A DNA stretch of 64,000 bases from Eledone cirrhosa (lineage: Eukaryota), in the NCBI GenBank assembly GCA_964016885.1, contig CAXHJY010000139.1, positions 1 through 64,000 of the forward strand, in the 5' to 3' direction. A program made the position numbers and the translations under genes. How positions within the stretch are numbered: position 1 is the first letter of the stretch; each line of letters begins with the position of its first letter. The notes beneath the pieces were generated by a model that worked only from the letters and a program-made list of their open reading frames with translations, was not told the DNA's origin and ran no database searches. Shown piece after piece: positions 51,301-61,900 of the stretch.

Positions 51301-54300
51301 CTTAGCTTAGCTTAGCTTAGCTTAGCTTAGGATAGCTTAGCTTAGCTTAGCTTAGCTTAGGATAGCTTAGCTTAGCTTAGCTTAGCTTAGGATAGCTTAG
51401 CTTAGCTTAGCTTAGCTTAGCTTAGGATAGCTTAGCTTAGCTTAGCTTAGGATAGCTTAGCTTAGTTTAGGATAGCTTAGCTTAGCTTAGCTTAGGATAG
51501 CTTAGGATAGCTTAGCTTAGGATAGCTTAGGATAGCTTAGCTTAGGATAGCTTAGGATAGCTTAGGTTAGGATAGCTTAGCTTAGGATAGATTAGGATAG
51601 CTTAGCTTAGGATAGCTTAGGATAGCTTAGCTTAGGATAGCTTAGGATAGCTTAGCTTAGAATAGCTTAGCTTAGGATAGCTTAGGAAAGCTTAGCTTAG
51701 CTTAGCTTAGGATAGCTTAGCTTAGCTTAGCTTAGGATAGCTTAGCTTAGCTTAGCTTAGGATAGCTTAGGATAGCTTAGCTTAGGATAGCTTAGGATAG
51801 CTTAGCTTTGGATAGCTTAGCTTAGGAGAGCTTAGCTTAGGATAGCTTAGGATAGCTTAGCTTAGGATAGCTTAGGATAGCTTAGCTTAGGATAGCTTAG
51901 CTTAGGATAGCTTAGGATAGCTTAGCTTAGCTTAGCTTAGGATAGCTTAGCTTAGCTTAGCTTAGCTTAGGATAGCTTAGCTTAGCTTAGCTTAGCTTAG
52001 GATAGCTTAGCTTAGCTTAGCTTAGGATAGCTTAGGATAGCTTAGCTTAGGATAGCTTAGGATAGCTTAGCTTAGGATAGCTTAGGATAGCTTAGCTTAG
52101 GATAGCTTAGGATAGCTTAGCTTAGGATAGCTTAGCTTAGGATAGCTTAGCTTAGCTTAGCTTAGGATAGCTTAGCTTAGGATAGCTTAGGATAGCTTAG
52201 CTTAGGATAGCTTAGCTTAGGATAGCTTAGGATAGCTTAGCTTAGCTTAGCTTAGGATAGCTTAGCTTAGCTTAGCTTAGGATAGCTTAGCTTAGCTTAG
52301 GATAGCTTAGCTTAGCTTAGCTTAGGATAGCTTAGCTTAGCTTAGCTTAGGATAGCTTAGCTTAGCTTAGCTTAGGATAGCTTAGCTTAGCTTAGGATAG
52401 CTCAGCTTAGCTTAGCTTAGGAAAGCTTAGCTTAGCTTAGCTTAGGATAGCTTAGCTTAGGATAGCTTAGCTTAGGATAGCTTAGCTTAGGTTAGCTTAG
52501 CTTAGCTTAGCTTAGGATAGCTTAGGATAGCTTAGCTTAGGATAGCTTAGCTTAGCTTAGCTTAGGATAGCTTAGCTTAGCTTAGCTTAGGATAGCTTAG
52601 CTTAGCTTAGCTTAGGATAGCTTAGCTTAGGATAGCTTAGGATAGCTTAGCTTAGCTTAGCTTAGGATAGTTTAGCTTAGCTTAGCTTAGGATAGCTTAG
52701 CTTAGCTTAGGATAGCTTAGCTTAGCTTAGCTTAGGATAGCTTAGCTTAGCTTAGCTTAGGATAGCTAAGCTTAGGTTAGCTTAGGATAGCTTAGGATAG
52801 CTTAGCTTAGGATAGCTTAGGATAGCTTAGCTTAGGATAGCTTAGCTTAGGATAGCTTAGCTTAGGTTAGCTTAGCTTAGCTTAGCTTAGGATAGCTTAG
52901 GATAGCTTAGCTTAGGATAGCTTAGCTTAGCTTAGCTTAGGATAGCTTAGCTTAGGATAGCTTAGGATAGCTTAGCTTAGGATAGCTTAGCTTAGGATAG
53001 CTTAGGATAGCTTAGCTTAGCTTAGCTTAGGATAGCTTAGCTTAGCTTAGCTTAGGATAGCTTAGCTTAGGTTAGCTTAGCTTAGCTTAGCTTAGGATAG
53101 CTTAGCTTAGGATAGCTTAGGATAGCTTAGCTTAGGATAGCTTAGCTTAGGATAGCTTAGGATAGCTTAGCTTAGGATAGCTTAGAATAGCTTAGCTTAG
53201 GATAGCTTAGCTTAGGATAGCTTAGGATAGCTTAGCTTAGCTTAGCTTAGGATAGCTTAGCTTAGCTTAGCTTAGGATAGCTTAGCTTAGCTTAGCTTAG
53301 GATAGCTTAGCTTAGCTTAGCTTAGGATAGCTTAGGATAGCTTAGCTTAGGATAGCTTAGGATAGCTTAGGATAGCTTAGCTTAGCTTAGCTTAGGATAG
53401 CTTAGCTTAGCTTAGCTTAGGATAGCTTAGCTTAGCTTAGCTTAGGATAGCTTAGCTTAGCTTAGGATAGCTTAGCTTAGCTTAGCTTAGGATAGCTTAG
53501 CTTAGCTTAGCTTAGGATAGCTTAGCTTAGCTTAGGATAGCTTAGCTTAGCTTAGGATAGCTTAGCTTAGCTTAGCTTAGGATAGCTTAGCTTAGCTTAG
53601 CTTAGGATAGCTTAGCTTAGCTTAGCTTAGGATAGCTTAGCTTAGCTTAGCTTAGGATAGCTTAGCTTAGCTTAGCTTAGGATAGCTTAGCTTAGCTTAG
53701 CTTAGGATAGCTTAGCTTAGCTTAGCTTAGGATAGATTAGCTTAGCTTAGGATAGCTTAGCTTAGCTTAGCTTAGGAAAGCTTAGCTTAGCTTAGGATAG
53801 CTTAGCTTAGCTTAGCTTAGGAGAGCTTAGCTTAGCTTAGGATAGCTTAGCTTAGCTTAGCTTAGGATAGCTTAGCTTAGCTTAGCTTAGGTAGCTTAGC
53901 TTAGCTTAGCTTAGGATAGCTTAGCTTAGCTTAGCTTAGGATAGCTTAGGATAGCTTAGCTTAGGATAGCTTAGGATAGCTTACCTTAGGAGAGCTTAGC
54001 TTAGGATAGCTTAGCTTAGGATAGCTTAGGATAGCTTAGCTTAGGATAGCTTAGCTTAGGATAGCTTAGCTTAGGATAGCTTAGGATAGCTTAGCTTAGC
54101 TTAGCTTAGGATAGCTTAGCTTAGCTTAGCTTAGGATAGCTTAGCTTAGGTTAGCTTAGCTTAGCTTAGCTTAGGATAGCTTAGGATAGCTTAGCTTAGG
54201 ATAGCTTAGGATAGCTTAGCTTAGGATAGCTTAGGATAGCTTAGCTTAGGATAGCTTAGCTTAGGATAGCTTAGGATTGCTTAGCTTAGGATAGCTTAGG

Positions 54301-57300
54301 ATAGCTTAGCTTAGGATAGCTTAGCTTAGGATCGCTTAGGATAGCTTAGCTTAGCTTAGCTTAGGATAGCTTAGCTTAGCTTAGCTTAGGATAGCTTAGC
54401 TTAGCTTAGCTTAGGATAGCTTAGCTTAGCTTAGCTTAGGATAGCTTAGGATAGCTTAGCTTAGGATAGCTTAGGATAGCTTAGCTTAGGATAGCTTAGG
54501 ATAGCTTAGCTTAGGATAGCTTAGCTTAGGATAGCTTAGCTTAGGATAGCTTAGGATAGCTTAGCTTAGGATAGCTTAGGATAGCTTAGCTTAGGATAGC
54601 TTAGCTTAGGATAGCTTAGCTTAGGATAGCTTAGGATAGCTTAGCTTAGCTTAGCTTAGGATAGCTTAGCTTAGCTTAGCTTAGGATAGCTTAGCTTAGC
54701 TTAGCTTAGGATAGCTTAGCTTAGCTTAGCCTAGGATAGCTTAGGATAGCTTAGCTTAGGATAGCTTAGGATAGCTTAGCTTAGGTTAGCTTAGGATAGC
54801 TTAGCTTAGGATAGATTAGCTTAGGATAGCTTAGCTTAGGATAGCTTAGGATAGCTTAGCTTAGGATAGCTTAGGATAGCTTAGCTTAGAATAGCTTAGC
54901 TTAGGATAGCTTAGGAAAGCTTAGCTTAGCTTAGCTTAGGATAGCTTAGCTTAGCTTAGCTTAGGATAGCTTAGCTTAGCTTAGCTTAGGATAGCTTAGG
55001 ATAGCTTAGCTTAGGATAGCTTAGGATAGCTTAGCTTTGGATAGCTTAGCTTAGGAGAGCTTAGCTTAGGATAGCTTAGGATAGCTTAGCTTAGGATAGC
55101 TTAGGATAGCTTAGCTTAGGATAGCTTAGCTTAGGATAGCTTAGGATAGCTTAGCTTAGCTTAGCTTAGGATAGCTTAGCTTAGCTTAGCTTAGGATAGC
55201 TTAGCTTAGCTTAGCTTAGCTTAGGATAGCTTAGCTTAGCTTAGCTTAGGATAGCTTAGGATAGCTTAGCTTAGGATAGCTTAGGATAGCTTAGCTTAGG
55301 ATAGCTTAGGATAGCTTAGCTTAGGATAGCTTAGGATAGCTTAGCTTAGGATAGCTTAGCTTAGGATAGCTTAGCTTAGCTTAGCTTAGGATAGCTTAGC
55401 TTAGGATAGCTTAGGATAGCTTAGCTTAGGATAGCTTAGCTTAGGATAGCTTAGGATAGCTTAGCTTAGCTTAGCTTAGGATAGCTTAGCTTAGCTTAGC
55501 TTAGGATAGCTTAGCTTAGCTTAGGATAGCTTAGCTTAGCTTAGCTTAGGATAGCTTAGCTTAGCTTAGCTTAGGATAGCTTAGCTTAGCTTAGCTTAGG
55601 ATAGCTTAGCTTAGCTTAGGATAGCTCAGCTTAGCTTAGCTTAGGATAGCTTAGCTTAGGTTAGCTTAGGATAGCTTAGGATAGCTTAGGATAGCTTAGC
55701 TTAGCTTAGCTTAGGATAGCTTAGCTTAGCTTAGCTTAGGATAGCTTAGCTTAGCTTAGCTTAGGATAGCTTAGCTTAGCTTAGGATAGCTTAGCTTAGC
55801 TTAGCTTAGGATAGCTTAGCTTAGCTTAGGATAGCTTAGCTTAGCTTAGCTTAGGATAGCTTAGCTTTGCTTAGGATAGCTTAGCTTAGCTTAGCTTAGG
55901 ATAGCTTAGCTTAGCTTAGCTTAGGATAGCTTAGCTTAGGTTAGCTTAGGATAGCTTAGGATAGCTTAGGATAGCTTAGCTTAGCTTAGCTTAGGATAGC
56001 TTAGCTTAGCTTAGCTTAGGATAGCTTAGCTTAGCTTAGCTTAGGATAGCTTAGCTTAGCTTAGGATAGCTTAGCTTAGCTTAGCTTAGCTTAGCTTAGG
56101 ATAGCTTAGCTTAGCTTAGGATAGCTTAGCTTAGCTTAGCTTAGGATAGCTTAGCTTTGCTTAGGATAGCTTAGCTTAGCTTAGCTTAGGATAGCTTAGC
56201 TTAGCTTAGCTTAGGATAGCTTAGCTTAGCTTAGCTTAGGATAGATTAGCTTAGCTTAGGATAGCTTAGCTTAGCTTAGCTTAGGAAAGCTTAGCTTAGC
56301 TTAGGATAGCTTAGCTTAGCTTAGCTTAGGAGAGCTTAGCTTAGCTTAGGATAGCTTAGCTTAGCTTAGCTTAGGATAGCTTAGCTTAGCTTAGGTAGCT
56401 TAGCTTAGCTTAGCTTAGGATAGCTTAGCTTAGCTTAGCTTAGCTTAGGATAGCTTAGCTTAGCTTAGCTTAGGATAGCTTAGCTTAGCTTAGCTTAGGA
56501 TAGCTTAGGATAGCTTAGCTTAGGATAGCTTAGGATAGCTTACCTTAGGAGAGCTTAGCTTAGGATAGCTTAGCTTAGGATAGCTTAGGATAGCTTAGCT
56601 TAGGATAGCTTAGCTTAGGATAGCTTAGCTTAGGATAGCTTAGGATAGCTTAGCTTAGCTTAGCTTAGGATAGCTTAGCTTAGCTTAGCTTAGGATAGCT
56701 TAGCTTAGGTTAGCTTAGCTTAGCTTAGCTTAGGATAGCTTAGCTTAGGATAGCTTATGATAGCTTAGCTTAGGATAGCTTAGCTTAGGATAGCTTAGCT
56801 TAGCTTTGCTTAGGATAGCTTAGCTTAGCTTAGCTTAGGATAGCTTAGCTTAGCTTAGCTTAGGATAGCTTAGCTTAGCTTAGCTTAGGATAGCTTAGCT
56901 TAGCTTAGCTTAGGATAGCTTAGCTTAGCTTAGCTTAGTATAGCTTAGCTTAGCTTAGCTTAGGATCGCTTAGCTTAGCTTAGCTTAGGATAGCTTAGCT
57001 TAGCTTAGGATAGCTTAGCTTAGCTTAGCTTAGGATAGCTTAGCTTAGCTTAGGATAGCTTAGGATAGCTTAGCTTAGGAGAGCTTAGCTTAGCTTAGCT
57101 TAGGATAGCTTAGCTTAGCTTAGCTTAGGATAGCTTAGCTTAACTTAGCTTAGGATAGCTTAGCTTAGCTTAACTTAGGATAGCTTAGCTTAGCTTAGCT
57201 TAGGATAGCTTAGCTTAGCTTAGCTTAGGATAGCTTAGCTTAGCTTAGCTTAGGATAGCTTAGGATAGCTTAGCTTAGGATAGCTTAGGATAGCTTACCT

Positions 57301-58980
57301 TAGGAGAGCTTAGCTTAGGATAGCTTAGCTTAGGATAGCTTAGGATAGCTTAGCTTAGGATAGCTTAGCTTAGGATAGCTTAGCTTAGGATAGCTTAGGA
57401 TAGTTTAGCTTAGCTTAGCTTAGGATAGCTTAGCTTAGCTTAGCTTAGGATAGCTTAGCTTAGGTTAGCTTAGCTTAGCTTAGCTTAGGATAGCTTAGCT
57501 TAGGATAGCTTAGGATAGCTTAGCTTAGGATAGCTTAGCTTAGGATAGCTTAGCTTAGCTTTGCTTAGGATAGCTTAGCTTAGCTTAGCTTAGGATAGCT
57601 TAGCTTAGCTTAGCTTAGGATAGCTTAGCTTAGCTTAGCTTAGGATAGCTTAGCTTAGCTTAGCTTAGGATAGCTTAGCTTAGCTTAGCTTAGGATAGCT
57701 TAGCTTAGCTTAGCTTAGGATCGCTTAGCTTAGCTTAGCTTAGGATAGCTTAGCTTAGCTTAGGATAGCTTAGCTTAGCTTAGCTTAGGATAGCTTAGCT
57801 TAGCTTAGGATAGCTTAGGATAGCTTAGCTTAGGAGAGCTTAGCTTAGCTTAGCTTAGGATAGCTTAGCTTAGCTTAGCTTAGGATAGCTTAGCTTAACT
57901 TAGCTTAGGATAGCTTAGCTTAGCTTAACTTAGGATAGCTTAGCTTAGCTTAGCTTAGGATAGCTTAGCTTAGCTTAGCTTAGGATAGCTTAGCTTAGCT
58001 TAGCTTAGGATAGCTTAGGATAGCTTAGCTTAGGATAGCTTAGGATAGCTTACCTTAGGAGAGCTTAGCTTAGGATAGCTTAGCTTAGGATAGCTTAGGA
58101 TAGCTTAGCTTAGGATAGCTTAGCTTAGGATAGCTTAGGATAGCTTAGCTTAGCTTAGCTTAGGATAGCTTAGCTTAGCTTAGCTTAGGATAGCTTAGCT
58201 TAGCTTAGCTTAGGATAGCTTAGCTTAGCTTAGCTTAGGATAGCTTAGGATAGCTTAGCTTAGGATAGCTTAGGATAGCTTAGCTTAGGATAGCTTAGGA
58301 TAGCTTAGCTTAGGATAGCTTAGCTTAGGATAGCTTAGCTTAGGATAGCTTAGGATAGCTTAGCTTAGGATAGCTTAGGATAGCTTAGCTTAGGATAGCT
58401 TAGCTTAGGATAGCTTAGGATAGCTTAGCTTAACTTAGCTTAGGATAGCTTAGCTTAGCTTAGCTTAGGATAGCTTAGCTTAGCTTAGCTTAGGATAGCT
58501 TAGCTTAGCTTAGCTTAGGATAGCTTAGGATAGCTTAGCTTAGGATAGCTTAGGATAGCTTAGCTTAGGATAGCTTAGGATAGTTTAGCTTAGGATAGCT
58601 TAGCTTAGGATAGCTTAGGATAGCTTAGCTTAGCTTAGCTTAGGATAGCTTAGGATAGCTTAGCTTAGGATAGCTTAGGATAGCTTAGCTTAGGATAGAT
58701 TAGGATAGCTTAGCTTAGGATAGCTTAGGATAGCTTAGCTTAGGATAGCTTAGCTTAGGATAGCTTAGCTTAGCTTAGCTTAGGATAGCTTAGCTTGGGA
58801 TAGCTTAGGATAGCTTAGCTTAGGATAGCTTAGCTTAGGATAGCTTAGGATAGCTTAGCTTAGCTTAGCTTAGGATAGCTTAGCTTAGCTTAGCTTAGGA
58901 TAGCTTAGCTTAGCTTAGGATAGCTTAGCTTAGCTTAGCTTAGGATAGCTTAGCTTAGCTTAGCTTAGGATTGCTTAGCT
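45310..58980 (+). repeat. Long-range duplication: ~45.3-50.1 kb recurs at ~54.2-59.0 kb (offset ~8925)
   Basis: GCCTA 45804/54729, GGTA 47469/56394 and GGATC 48038/56963 (8925); CCTTA 49130/58053 (8923); ACTTA 49505/58433 and GGATT 50040/58968 (8928). Confidence 0.85.
47560..49150 (+). repeat. Tandem duplication, unit 755 bp (also at ~56.5-58.1 kb and ~62.1-63.7 kb)
   Basis: GGATC pairs 48038/48793, 56963/57718 and 62561/63316 are each 755 apart. CCTTA at 47618/48373/49130 (755, then 757 because of the GG insertion). Confidence 0.9.
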
Positions 58981-61900
58981 TAGCTTAGCTTAGGATAGCT
59001 TAGCTTAGCTTAGCTTAGGATAGCTTAGCTTAGCTTAGCTTAGGATAGCTTAGCTTAGCTTAGGATAGCTTAGCTTAGCTTAGCTTAGGATAGCTTAGCT
59101 TAGCTTAGCTTAGGATAGCTTAGCTTAGCTTAGGATAGCTTAGCTTAGCTTAGGATAGCTTAGCTTAGCTTAGCTTAGGATAGCTTAGCTTAGCTTAGCT
59201 TAGGATAGCTTAGCTTAGCTTAGCTTAGGATAGCTTAGCTTAGCTTAGCTTAGGATAGCTTAGCTTAGCTTAGCTTAGGATAGCTTAGCTTAGCTTAGCT
59301 TAGGATAGCTTAGCTTAGCTTAGCTTAGGATAGATTAGCTTAGCTTAGGATAGCTTAGCTTAGCTTAGCTTAGGAAAGCTTAGCTTAGCTTAGGATAGCT
59401 TAGCTTAGCTTAGCTTAGGAGAGCTTAGCTTAGCTTAGGATAGCTTAGCTTAGCTTAGCTTAGGATAGCTTAGCTTAGCTTAGCTTAGGTAGCTTAGCTT
59501 AGCTTAGCTTAGGATAGCTTAGCTTAGCTTAGCTTAGGATAGCTTAGGATAGCTTAGCTTAGGATAGCTTAGGATAGCTTACCTTAGGAGAGCTTAGCTT
59601 AGGATAGCTTAGCTTAGGATAGCTTAGGATAGCTTAGCTTAGGATAGCTTAGCTTAGGATAGCTTAGCTTAGGATAGCTTAGGATAGCTTAGCTTAGCTT
59701 AGCTTAGGATAGCTTAGCTTAGCTTAGCTTAGGATAGCTTAGCTTAGGTTAGCTTAGCTTAGCTTAGCTTAGGATAGCTTAGGATAGCTTAGCTTAGGAT
59801 AGCTTAGGATAGCTTAGCTTAGGATAGCTTAGGATAGCTTAGCTTAGGATAGCTTAGCTTAGGATAGCTTAGGATTGCTTAGCTTAGGATAGCTTAGGAT
59901 AGCTTAGCTTAGGATAGCTTAGCTTAGGATCGCTTAGGATAGCTTAGCTTAGCTTAGCTTAGGATAGCTTAGCTTAGCTTAGCTTAGGATAGCTTAGCTT
60001 AGCTTAGCTTAGGATAGCTTAGCTTAGCTTAGCTTAGGATAGCTTAGGATAGCTTAGCTTAGGATAGCTTAGGATAGCTTAGCTTAGGATAGCTTAGGAT
60101 AGCTTAGCTTAGGATAGCTTAGCTTAGGATAGCTTAGCTTAGGATAGCTTAGGATAGCTTAGCTTAGGATAGCTTAGGATAGCTTAGCTTAGGATAGCTT
60201 AGCTTAGGATAGCTTAGCTTAGGATAGCTTAGGATAGCTTAGCTTAGCTTAGCTTAGGATAGCTTAGCTTAGCTTAGCTTAGGATAGCTTAGCTTAGCTT
60301 AGCTTAGGATAGCTTAGCTTAGCTTAGCCTAGGATAGCTTAGGATAGCTTAGCTTAGGATAGCTTAGGATAGCTTAGCTTAGGTTAGCTTAGGATAGCTT
60401 AGCTTAGGATAGATTAGCTTAGGATAGCTTAGCTTAGGATAGCTTAGGATAGCTTAGCTTAGGATAGCTTAGGATAGCTTAGCTTAGAATAGCTTAGCTT
60501 AGGATAGCTTAGGAAAGCTTAGCTTAGCTTAGCTTAGGATAGCTTAGCTTAGCTTAGCTTAGGATAGCTTAGCTTAGCTTAGCTTAGGATAGCTTAGGAT
60601 AGCTTAGCTTAGGATAGCTTAGGATAGCTTAGCTTTGGATAGCTTAGCTTAGGAGAGCTTAGCTTAGGATAGCTTAGGATAGCTTAGCTTAGGATAGCTT
60701 AGGATAGCTTAGCTTAGGATAGCTTAGCTTAGGATAGCTTAGGATAGCTTAGCTTAGCTTAGCTTAGGATAGCTTAGCTTAGCTTAGCTTAGGATAGCTT
60801 AGCTTAGCTTAGCTTAGCTTAGGATAGCTTAGCTTAGCTTAGCTTAGGATAGCTTAGGATAGCTTAGCTTAGGATAGCTTAGGATAGCTTAGCTTAGGAT
60901 AGCTTAGGATAGCTTAGCTTAGGATAGCTTAGGATAGCTTAGCTTAGGATAGCTTAGCTTAGGATAGCTTAGCTTAGCTTAGCTTAGGATAGCTTAGCTT
61001 AGGATAGCTTAGGATAGCTTAGCTTAGGATAGCTTAGCTTAGGATAGCTTAGGATAGCTTAGCTTAGCTTAGCTTAGGATAGCTTAGCTTAGCTTAGCTT
61101 AGGATAGCTTAGCTTAGCTTAGGATAGCTTAGCTTAGCTTAGCTTAGGATAGCTTAGCTTAGCTTAGCTTAGGATAGCTTAGCTTAGCTTAGCTTAGGAT
61201 AGCTTAGCTTAGCTTAGGATAGCTCAGCTTAGCTTAGCTTAGGATAGCTTAGCTTAGGTTAGCTTAGGATAGCTTAGGATAGCTTAGGATAGCTTAGCTT
61301 AGCTTAGCTTAGGATAGCTTAGCTTAGCTTAGCTTAGGATAGCTTAGCTTAGCTTAGCTTAGGATAGCTTAGCTTAGCTTAGGATAGCTTAGCTTAGCTT
61401 AGCTTAGGATAGCTTAGCTTAGCTTAGGATAGCTTAGCTTAGCTTAGCTTAGGATAGCTTAGCTTTGCTTAGGATAGCTTAGCTTAGCTTAGCTTAGGAT
61501 AGCTTAGCTTAGCTTAGCTTAGGATAGCTTAGCTTAGGTTAGCTTAGGATAGCTTAGGATAGCTTAGGATAGCTTAGCTTAGCTTAGCTTAGGATAGCTT
61601 AGCTTAGCTTAGCTTAGGATAGCTTAGCTTAGCTTAGCTTAGGATAGCTTAGCTTAGCTTAGGATAGCTTAGCTTAGCTTAGCTTAGCTTAGCTTAGGAT
61701 AGCTTAGCTTAGCTTAGGATAGCTTAGCTTAGCTTAGCTTAGGATAGCTTAGCTTTGCTTAGGATAGCTTAGCTTAGCTTAGCTTAGGATAGCTTAGCTT
61801 AGCTTAGCTTAGGATAGCTTAGCTTAGCTTAGCTTAGGATAGATTAGCTTAGCTTAGGATAGCTTAGCTTAGCTTAGCTTAGGAAAGCTTAGCTTAGCTT

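Larger units (their letters stand above)
28300..58500 (+). repeat. Long-range duplication: ~28.3-35.3 kb recurs at ~50.7-58.5 kb (offset ~22.4 kb)
   Basis: GTTTA 28385/50790 and GTATA 28680/51085 (22405); GCTCA 29985/52400 and GGTA 31475/53890 (22415); GGTA 33954/56394 (22440). Confidence 0.82.
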